Source: Marsupella aquatica (lineage: Eukaryota; Plantae; Marchantiophyta). Taken from it: 64,000 bases of DNA. The notes under the pieces were generated by a model. It ran no database searches. It had not been told where the DNA came from and was given only the letters and a program-made list of their open reading frames with translations. This document shows positions 54,941 to 64,000 of the stretch, one piece after another (position 1 is the stretch's first letter; every line of letters begins with the position of its first letter). The stretch is taken from contig OZ316896.1 of the NCBI GenBank assembly GCA_973895155.1, positions 15,311,519 to 15,375,518 on the forward strand. The letters run 5' to 3'. The translations under genes and the position numbers were made by a program.

Positions 54941-57900
54941 ATGGGGGAGGCTGATGGTGGTCATTCTAAGTCCTCTCAGCCTTCGTTCGCTGGTTCAGTA
55001 TACACCCGTCGCGTCACTCGATCGACTACGTCCCTGTCAACTTCCGAAGCTGAATCTACACAGCCCTTCCCGAGGTCGAGGAGAGGGAGAATGGACCCTA
55101 AGGACGTCTCCATGGGTGAAGTCAGTGACATAGGCTTATCGATGGACGAGGTAATATCAAAGCACGCATTGTCGTTCGGGAAGGATTTTCAAGGATTCGA
55201 TATGGAGCCACCTCGAATTCCTCTTTGTAGATTGCTCCCCATGGAGGTTGTTCGAACCTTACAGAAAGAAAGTGCATCGATCGAGAAGTTGAAAGAATCA
55301 TTCCGTGTCACCGGGTACAACTCGCGCATTGGGATGCCTTTCTACGTTCAGCCTGCAAATGCCGATGGGGTACGCGAGATCCGGGACTCTTGGGATCCAA
55401 TCTGGGTCGCAGAGAACGACAAGTTTGAGGAAGAGTGTGATGCGGACCCAGCGTTCCATATTCTAAAAGATACAATGTTTTGTGTGTTTGACGGAAATCA
55501 TCGATTGTACTCGTGGTCAATCGTCACGAGGGAGAATCCGGACAACTTGAAGTATCATCCTCGTGTGATTTGCGTCATTTTCAATGGTGACAGAGGTTTG
55601 CTAGTTGAGCTCGAGGCGGCAATGCACACCGTGAACCTGTAAGTTCTATTCGTTAACTGTTGTTACCCCTGTCATTCATTTTGGACCAAACATGCTTTGC
55701 GAAAGTGTTCATTCCCCAATTTTTGCTAGCGCCCGGCGCTACTAATTCCTTTTCATTGCATCCAAGCTTGGACAAGCAGTTGTCAAGCCTTCCTAGATTC
55801 TTGACGCGGACAGAATTTCCTGAATTCTGTCGCGTGATCTTGATCACTATAAGCCACTCATCAACAGCGCGAACATGGCAAAGTTTGAGGCGATCCAAAA
55901 GAAGACGAGAAAGGGGTCTTGGTTTACACATAAAATGCCACAGGATGCTCTCATCTACATTCTGTGTGTGGACAAAATCAAGTCTTACTCAAATCAATTT
56001 AAGTCTGATATGGCTTTAGCCAAAGCTCAAGGGGCTTCTTGGTCAGAAGAGGAGACCACAAAGAGGCATGAGGCAATGATGAAGGAGGCGACCAAAGATT
56101 GGTCGATCAAAGTGACGAAGATCACCCCTTTACTTCATCCGAATTTTGGAGATTATTTGGGAACCTGTGCTGAGATGTATCCCGTAACTGAGAAGAACAA
56201 ACGGGAGAAGAAGCCAGACACAGTTGTATGCACAATGGATCGAGCCAGGTTGTTTACTGCTATTTCATACCTAGATCCAAAATTGAGGTGCACCCTTCTA
56301 GTAGCCCACTGCACTCCCGAGATTCGGAAACAGTTTTTCCATCCTGAAAGTGTCAACGACGAGCCTGTGAAGCAGTGGTGCCATACATGGCATACTTGGA
56401 ATTCTGTGGAGGGAATTGCAACTGGAATGCTTCACACTTCCTTCAAACAGATTTCTGACCGGATGCCGGCTGACCGTCTCACAAAGTCTGGGTGTGAGTC
56501 AATGGAGGCCATGCTTAAGATCATTCTCGATGAATTCAGAAACGTTGGGGATCTTGTCAAGGCAAAATTCTTCAACAACTTGTGGCCTTCCAAATATGCG
56601 GACAAGGAACATTACACAAAGCGGAACCGGAAGAGAGCCAAACGATATCTATACCAGTTTTACATGTGGACGGAGCTTAGATCTCCTGACACTCTGTGGG
56701 CATACCCGACTGCATTTCAGAAATGGGTGTCTATCGAAGAGGGAGACGCTCTTGCCGACCTTTATTCGATGTACCAGCGGAGGGAAAGTTTCCACCACGT
56801 TCATTATCGGAGTGGGAGAGACTTCACTGTCCGTGGTACCTCGACACAGACAAATGGGATTTACCATTCGACGAAGCTGAGAAGGATGCCTTCATGAAGT
56901 TGTAGGAGTCCCAGATCCCTGCCAACTATGTGTCTGCAATGAAGCAAGGTCTCCAGTCTGATGTTGACAAATCTGCATCTGAGTTACAGAAGAATTGTGA
57001 GTCTCTTGTCATGCACGTTGACCGAAGCCGTAAGCCAAGAGCAAAGGCGAAGAATGAGTCAGCTGCACCAAGTGACTCCACAAGGTCCTTCAAGAAAAGT
57101 GAGTAGTCTAAGCGCTTTTTGGTTACTTGTTGGCGCTGCTTATGCAGGAGTTTCATTAGGAAATTCCTTTGATTAATAGCGCCTGGCGCTAGTCTGAAAG
57201 GTTGGACTCATTCAAGTTTCTGTGCCTAACAGGAGGTTAAAAGTCTGACACGGAGGTCCCGGCTGCCGAAGGGAAGAATGATGCAACTCCTCAGGCATCG
57301 GAGGCAAACACTGGAGCTCAAGAAACCCCGGATCAAGGGATCCCGGATGGTGCTGGCAAATCCATTGTCCCTCTTGACGCAACTAGCACGAAGAAAAAGA
57401 AAAAGAGAGGCGCCGGTGAGGACAGAGCAACATCATCTACTCGAGACGTTATTTCCTGTCGACTCTAGAGAGATGTCGGGAATTTTAAGCGAAGGTGTTC
57501 TAGACACTGTTTTGTGGAGTCCAATTTAAACGAATTTTACGATTTGGTATTTAACAAGGGGATGAAGCCCATGTGGGTTACTAAAGTTGAGGCCTAGGGA
57601 AAGGAATTGGTAAAGTCAGGAGACAGAGAGAAGGGAGTAATGCGTGGCGGAAAAGAGAGGGGCTTTGGTGTGGATGCTGGTTTCATCTACATTCCCACTG
57701 GATTAAAACCAACACTTCTTGATCGGAAGGTTCCCAAGTGGAACCTTCAGGATTACACTATTCCCAGCTCTTTCTTCCGAGCCATGGAGCCGTTCCTTGC
57801 AGACAATGGCCTACTTGCAATTTTACACAGAGGAGACTATGATCAGGTATCTGAAGTGATTGCGGCTTGCCAGGATTCTAAGTGTTTCCAGTGTATTTCA

Positions 57901-59134
57901 ACCCACCATGTGGTCATGACTACACCAATGTATAGGCCCCGATCTAATACTCAGGTAACAATTCCTCTTGCACATACTAGCGCCCGACGCTACTATCAGC
58001 ATTCGCAATATCTACAATTCACTTATCTTTCGTAAGGATGAATGGTTGACTAGCGCCAAGCGCTAATATATGTGTCTGTTTTCTTATACTGCCTTCATTG
58101 GGAAACTGTGTTGCAGATATTCACACTTACTCTTAATATATTTTGCCGCATTTCGACAAAGGGAAGGGTCCCGAAAGACCCCAAGTTCTGGCCACTATCG
58201 AATGAAGAAGACCCTTCCGTCACTAACATTATTGGGTTTTCGTTGCCGCGACATGACCCGACTCCTGAGCTCCAATTTGCAGGAAATTCACAATTGCCTG
58301 TGGGTTTCATGCAAACTATTTTGGAATTGGTGACTCTTCCTGGAGATATCGTTATGGACTGGACAGTAGGTTCCGGTAGTACGTTTGTGGCTAGAGATTA
58401 TTCTGGTCGCTTTGTTGTTGGGCTGGAAAATCGGCCAGAGTTTGTTGATACTTCCGGTAAGGTCTTCCTCGATCTTTTACAGAACAAAGAAGTGGTTGCA
58501 CCAACTCCTCCTAAGAAGATTCCTGGAAGTAAGAAGCAGGACAGGCTCCGTGCTATTCTAAATTTTGATTCGGAAGACGAGGATGAGGGTGGCAATGCTT
58601 CTCAGCAATCTGAAGATGATGAGGTGTCGAACAATGTGGTGGACCTTGGATCTGGAGATGAGGACAGTGAAGAGTCAGAAGAGTAATTTTCTTTAGCTTT
58701 CTTTCTCTCATTGTATACTTTTTTCCAAAGAACTCCTCTACTCCCTTTTGTCTAGAAAATTTTCCCGATTTCCCGACTTCGACTAAAGAACTCCAGTTCA
58801 AATTCTCAGGTCAGAGTGGAATCTTCGGAGGCATTTTCAACTTCGAAGGAACGTCTCTAGGAACGTTGTACAGACCCCGGAGAAGCCATTTGTTCTCCCC
58901 TCTTATGCTGAAAAGGCGGCACGACGGGCAGATTCAGTCAGGACGCTTACTTGGGAGAGTAAGGGTCTTAGACTCCGGAGAGGCTCAGATAGAAAGTTTG
59001 TGCAGAATCACTTCGTAGATGATATTGCAAAATCCAAGTATGTGGACGACAAAGCAGAGTCCACTAATAGATCAGAAAGTAGCGGTTCTAAATCGGGCTC
59101 AGAGTCGAGTGGTGGTTGTGGATCTGGTCTTTAG
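54941..59134 (+). pseudogene. Transposon accessory gene: ParB/Srx-like N-terminal domain plus beta-class N4C/N6A DNA-methyltransferase-like domain, multi-exon, with stops and frameshifts
   Basis: IPLCRL..IEKLKESF..FCVFDGNHRLYSW (ParB-like, DGNHR at 55490-55504). VDAGFIYIPTG..FLADNGLLAIL..|..QLPVGFMQTILELVTLPGDIVMDWTVGSGSTFVARDYSGRFVVGLENRPEFVD (57670-58450). The in-frame GT-AG intron 57955-58116 joins the two MTase halves. Confidence 0.75.
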
Positions 59135-59448
59135 TTTTCCTTGTTTTATTTACCCATTTATGGAGAACGACGACACTCAATAAGAACGCCGTGACGTGTC
59201 GGATTAGACTAGCGCCCGGTGCTATTACTGTAGCCGGTAGTTCAAAGAGGTTTTTATTTGGTTGTTTTCCTTATAGCGCCCGACGCTAGTATAAATGTAC
59301 TCAATGGCCGCTTCACGTCCAATACATGTGACAATATTTTCATACCCTTCGGTGTCTTTTTTTGGGTGCACATTTGTTGGTATGAGTTTTGCTGTTTGTT
59401 GTTTGTTGTTTACTGTTTGCTGTTTGCTGTCACGGAGAGATCCCCCTG

Positions 59449-59553
59449 GAGAAAGCATATGTGGAGAAAACGTATGTGGAGAAAACGTATGCGCAGAAAA
59501 AAAGTTTGGAGCCATTTGGGGCTCCCACCTCAAAGCTGAACTTTAAGTTCAGC
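59449..59553. repeat. Subterminal 15-bp repeats plus two terminal hairpins
   Basis: About three copies of GAGAAAACGTATGTG, then GGAGCC-ATTTGG-GGCTCC and GCTGAACTT-T-AAGTTCAGC. Confidence 0.7.
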
Positions 59554-59668
59554 CAATAATAGTTTGTACCTTAATTTGAAAGAAAAAGTACCAATTTACT
59601 AAAATTATTCTTTATTATGTCACCTTCGGACTGAGAAAAATTAATAACTTGCCCCCTAAACTAGTTTT

Positions 59669-61361
59669 GTTTTTTTTTAATTAAAATTTATTCCGCGTGA
59701 ACCCCACGGATGGGGGAAGCAGCAGGCCAGAAGGCAAAATAAGGGGGGCAACAAGGAAAGTGACACCACAGCCGGTCAAAGTCGAACCATGCGCAGTGGC
59801 ACAAAGCAAGACAGAGTTAAGACCGGGATTCTAAGTAAGACACAGTAGGTCAATAGAGCACTAAACCCACTGAGTGATTGGGGCCCTAACGAGTACAGTA
59901 TTCCACTAGGCAAAACTAACAAGTAATCAACCATAGCTACATCTGCAATTACTGTGGGCAGGCAGAACCGGACTCAGATTTATGGGTCTGGTAGTATTAC
60001 AGGTATTCCAGTGCCAACCCGATTTAACCTACACAGCACAATCAGACAGAGAATAGACGTCTCACTTTGCTCCTGATAATCCTAATCTGTTCCTGCACTA
60101 GAGTATGCTTAGCCTGTGTGATCCTAGAAAGCTTATTTTTTGAACTAGTAGCAGTCGCCACTGCAGTATGGTGATCCAATGTTTCAGAGATGATCGGTAT
60201 CTGATCAAAAACCCTTTTTTTGGACAGATCAAACGTCTGATCATTACGTGCATTCCAAATAGCCCACAGAATCTGATAAATCAAAAAGAGACGAAGTGTG
60301 CTCCAAGGGTTCTTCTCAAGCGATAAGAGGATTAACTCTACCAGATTCCGATGTGGTTGTATGATAGTACCATTTAACCAGGTCTGAGCTTCCAACCAAC
60401 ATCTCTGTGCATGTCTGCAGTTAGTGAATAGGCGGGGGATAGTCTCAATTCTCCCAGAGCATAAAATGCAAATTCCATCCGACTTGGCAATTCTCACTGC
60501 TCTGGATCCAGAGAACAGTCCCTGCGCCAGAACCCGCCATAAAAAAGTTTTTGCTCTAGTGGACAGATCTGCCGTCCAGATAGTCAACCAAATTTTGCTC
60601 CATTCTTCATCAGTATGGCTTACTTCCCATATTCTGTTCAGCCTGAGGTGGTCCGTTCCTTTAGGTCGCAGCATTTCGTAAACCCGCCAGTTTGGTAGGC
60701 CAAACTGTCTCATCCGTGTGTCCTTGTCAAGCCATTGCCATTGACAAGCGAGGGTATCAAATCCACTTCCATGGAAAGCAGTACCATGTACCAACCTGAT
60801 CAGTGAAAGACATAAGTTTTGATCTCCATCGATAATGCCTCTCAAGCGGTTCAGCCTGGTATCCAAGTGTCTCCAATCATCCCCAGCAAGGGACCAAAAG
60901 TCCCCCACCCTCCTGATTCCTAAGCTGCCACAAAGCCGGGTCAATGACACAATGGATGCTTCAGGCAAATCATAAAAATCCTGAGAGCACCGGAGTAGAT
61001 CCTCCAAAATCCAGTGTCCCGGGATCGCCTCAACACCAGGATGGAAGATCAGGTTTTCCCTAGCCAGTGCCCAAGCACCCCATAGTTGCCCTGTATAAGA
61101 CAATTTCCCAAAAGATTGTGGTGAACCCAACAACATTAGATCTGTCATAGAATAGTGGTTCCTGCACACAGATCTGTAGTTTCTCCATTTTGTCAGTCGC
61201 AAGTTAACAGCAAATAGTTTAGCCCATTCAGTCTCCGGATTATCCAGAGCCCCGGTGAACCACTTACAGAGGAGTGCATCTGAATGACTCCTAAAGTCCT
61301 TCAGGCCAAGTCCGCCATCAACCTTGGGCCTGCACAATTTATCCCACGCCACCAGGGGTAT
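59669..61361 (-). mobile_element. LINE (L1-like) 3' part: end of ORF2 (post-RT region and zf-RVT), 3' UTR and poly(A)
   Basis: VAWDKLCRPKVDGGLGLKDF..ALLCKW, KTFLWR..CILC..ETI..LF..C..W..WAIWNARN. A poly-T tract on the plus strand at ~59669 lies where the 59555 repeat breaks off. Confidence 0.9.
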
Positions 61362-61476
61362 TGTGATGCCTAGACAGGAATCACTCGGCCGGTTAAGTGG
61401 GTAAAGCAGGAAGGCACCCTTGGAACACCTTAGTATAGTGACAAAACAAGGAAAATATAAACAATTAGGGGCAACC

Positions 61477-63102
61477 ATGGAACCCGGGCCGAGGCCGGAG
61501 GTAAGGCTGAGGGTGAAAACCCGATTAGGGTTAGGGCGCGCTAAGCGTCAGCGGCTAGGAAGGATCAACGGGAAGAAGGACCGGCAGAGGAGAGGGGTAA
61601 GGAGCGCTTGCAGGAGATGGTGGCTCATTTGCGAGCACGAACTAGGCAGACGACTACGGGAGGCCAACTACTGTCAGCTGCTTAGGCAAGCACTCGGGGA
61701 GAGAGTAGATACCGACGATCAACCTAAGGAGGGTATGAGCAACGTCAATCAAGCGGCACATTTCTGGGGATGCCTGTTCGAACGGGCAACTGACTACATC
61801 AAGACTTACGAGGACGAGGAATCAGAAAGGGCAGCTCGAGAACGGCAGGAGCTCGCTCGATTGTGGGAGCTGCAGAAGACGGCTTTCTTAGGAGGCGAAC
61901 TCATCAAGGACAAGTTCCTGTGGACGCCTACTTCCAATCAACTCGACGATCTTCTGTTTTGCAAAGACAGCGTCGTCGGCATCCGAGAGGCCATCAAGAA
62001 CTGCAACGACATACACTGGGAATTAAAGGGTAGCACGGAAAGGTGGACCCAGGCAACGGTGCTAGGAGAAACCTCCACGGCAGCAGAGATGAAGAGGAAG
62101 GGAGCCGTCAACGATGAAGCCACCCCGGCAAAAAGAACGAGGTCGGCGGCACCAAAGAAGCCAGCCGAGCAGCAGAGCAGGAGGCAGGGAGAAGCCGAAG
62201 AGGAGGAGGTCGATCCCATCAAGGCCATTCCAACCAGGGATGACACCTGGAAGGGCTGGGCGGCAACCCTACCGGTGGAGGTGCAACTACATTTTGCACG
62301 GGAGGAGGATGCATGCTTTACGGCCATGCAGACCAAGAAGTACCAAGGCTTCATGGCCGGATCCGGCTTGGAGGCCTTTGTAAGATTACCATGGCTGAAG
62401 CCGGAGGTACCGGAGTCAGACCTATTAGAATTCGTGGGGTCATGGGAACCCGAGACCAATTGCACGAGGATATATGGGAGGGATTTCTATCTTACTCCCA
62501 AGGTAATTGCCGAAGTGTTTGGCCTGCCGATAGGCAATAAGACCAAAGTTGATACCAGGAAGACCTTGCCTGACAAGGAGTTCCGGTCGTTCCCCGGGCC
62601 ATCAACGAAGAATGGCTTCTTCCGGAACACCTGCACCAACCCGCACATAGGAGAGATGATCGACTTCTTGCGGGTGACCATGCATTGTAACTTGCCGAGG
62701 GCAGAGATCGGCAAGGCACAGGTCTATCTGGCAGAAAGGCCAGACCCAAGCCGGGACTACAACGGGTACCTCCTCAACCAATTGAAGAAGATCTTAAAGG
62801 AGGAGCAGCAGGTAATCGGCATGGGGAGCGTGTCGCGGCTTGGCTATCACATGCCGCTGTTGTGCCGGTATGCCAGAGGTCAGACTTTTGCCCCGGTACT
62901 TCCCCTGCAGGTAAGGGCACCCGAGGAAGCTCCAACGCCGAGGCCGTTGGCTGAGAAGCCTCAACCACCTGTTAGTCCTACGATCGAGCAGGTGTTTAGG
63001 CCCAGGAAGGAAGACTTGCCGATGCAGCAACCAGGCATGCAGAGTCTGCTGAAACTACTGGAGAAAGAAAAGAAGGTGGACCTAGTCAGGCCCGCCTACT
63101 GA
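61477..63102 (+). CDS. Transposon-associated ORF with a plant-mobile-domain-like segment
   Basis: Open 541-codon frame with GLEAFVRL..LLEFVGSW..IYGRDFYLTPKVIAEVFGLP, typical of retrotransposon accessory or PMD-like proteins. Confidence 0.5.
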   Translation: MEPGPRPEVRLRVKTRLGLGRAKRQRLGRINGKKDRQRRGVRSACRRWWLICEHELGRRLREANYCQLLRQALGERVDTDDQPKEGMSNVNQAAHFWGCLFERATDYIKTYEDEESERAARERQELARLWELQKTAFLGGELIKDKFLWTPTSNQLDDLLFCKDSVVGIREAIKNCNDIHWELKGSTERWTQATVLGETSTAAEMKRKGAVNDEATPAKRTRSAAPKKPAEQQSRRQGEAEEEEVDPIKAIPTRDDTWKGWAATLPVEVQLHFAREEDACFTAMQTKKYQGFMAGSGLEAFVRLPWLKPEVPESDLLEFVGSWEPETNCTRIYGRDFYLTPKVIAEVFGLPIGNKTKVDTRKTLPDKEFRSFPGPSTKNGFFRNTCTNPHIGEMIDFLRVTMHCNLPRAEIGKAQVYLAERPDPSRDYNGYLLNQLKKILKEEQQVIGMGSVSRLGYHMPLLCRYARGQTFAPVLPLQVRAPEEAPTPRPLAEKPQPPVSPTIEQVFRPRKEDLPMQQPGMQSLLKLLEKEKKVDLVRPAY

Positions 63103-63987
63103 CAGATTACCTGCCCTTGACCGAGTCAACTCTCCATCGGCCTGACTGGGTCCACCTTCGGCTTCAGCCTCGACACCGGCCTCGACAATACCCACGGCTT
63201 CGGCCTCAGCCACTCCCACGGCTTCGGCTTCAGCCACTCCCACGGCTTCGGCCTCCCCTTCCCCTAGGGTAGTTGGATCTGTAGCCGTGACCCTGTCTGG
63301 GGTCGGTGCTGGGTCTACCTCCTTGATCACCACGGCCTGTGAAGTCGTATTACTCCTTGACCCTGCAGGTTTCCGCTTCTTCTTCGTTGGTGGCTCGGCA
63401 GCTGGTCCCTTCCCCTTCCCACTTACTTCCGGCACTGGTGCAGGTGGCGCGGCTTGTCCTTCGGCAATTACCACCCCTGGTAACTGGTTTGTCCCAACGG
63501 GAGATGGACCTGCTGCAGCTAAGCATTTAAATACTGCGGCTTGTTTCTTCAGCCGCTCTGTTTGGTTGTCGGCCCGCCGCTGTAGGTTCTCCATCTTCCT
63601 CGTGATTTCCTCCAACTCCTCTTGGGTTTCATCCAGGTCCTTACGTGCCCCCTCCAGCTCGTTTTTGGCCTCCTCCTGCTCCCTGTGGGCTTCCTCCAAT
63701 TCCTTCTTCAAGGTAGCCCTCTCCTCCTAGGTTGCTCTTAGCTCCTTGTCGAGCTCTGCAATGATGACAGACTCCATCTGGTTCATCTTGGCGTAAGTCT
63801 GTTCGAGCATCTCATCCTTCTCCCTTAGGTCGGCCTTGAAGCTGGCCGTCAGGGACGCAAGCTCCTGCTGCAGCGCCATAATCCCTTGATAGGATTTCCC
63901 TAACTCGACCTCCTTCTGCTCAAGGGCTCCGCGGATTTTCTCGAGCTCCCCTTTCAACGCCCATTCCTTTCTTTGGGTCTCCGCCAT
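63082..63987 (-). pseudogene. Coiled-coil TE-associated ORF, interrupted by a stop at 63727-63729, with 24-bp EAEAVGVA repeats
   Basis: In-frame ORFs 63727-63987 and 63082-63711, heptad-rich, with tandem repeats at ~63160-63255. Confidence 0.45.
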
Positions 63988-64000
63988 GGCCCGGCTGTTG

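Larger units (their letters stand above)
48300..59554. mobile_element. Large decayed Mutator-like (MULE) element with accessory genes; boundaries approximate, no TIR/TSD found
   Basis: Transposase on the minus strand, accessory gene on the plus strand, and one shared 15-bp palindrome throughout 50096-59288. Confidence 0.7.
61362..64000. mobile_element. GC-rich element (probable LTR retrotransposon) abutting or interrupting the LINE
   Basis: Starts with TG exactly where LINE similarity ends and contains long convergent ORFs. Confidence 0.5.

Noticed and set aside
61362-61478. N-terminus of the 478-aa LINE ORF
   Set aside because: Chance read-through into the adjacent inserted element; LINE similarity stops at 61361.

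Overview
Eukaryotic land-plant nuclear DNA with spliceosomal introns. A mitochondrial sdh3 fragment that closely resembles the Marchantia sequence as I recall it suggests a complex-thalloid liverwort (inference). Host genes: an intronless GT37 xyloglucan-type fucosyltransferase, a multi-exon MEE13-like coiled-coil gene, SRP9, an intron-containing gene of the mostly bacterial ATC-hydrolase-like family, and eIF4A-III. These sit among solo LTRs, non-autonomous Helitrons, a MITE, LINE fragments and minisatellites. The standout is an ~11-kb decayed Mutator-like element (~48.3-59.55 kb). It has a minus-strand transposase and, head-to-head with it, an accessory gene combining an N-terminal ParB/Srx-like domain (DGNHR) with a C-terminal bacterial-type beta-class N4C/N6A DNA-methyltransferase-like domain. 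The element also carries 17 copies of a 15-bp palindrome, TAGCGCC-N-GGCGCTA, found only in its introns, promoter and flank. I propose this is a candidate self-targeting (parS/ParB-like or VANC-like) epigenetic system of a transposon. All family assignments come from motif recognition by eye; no database searches were run.
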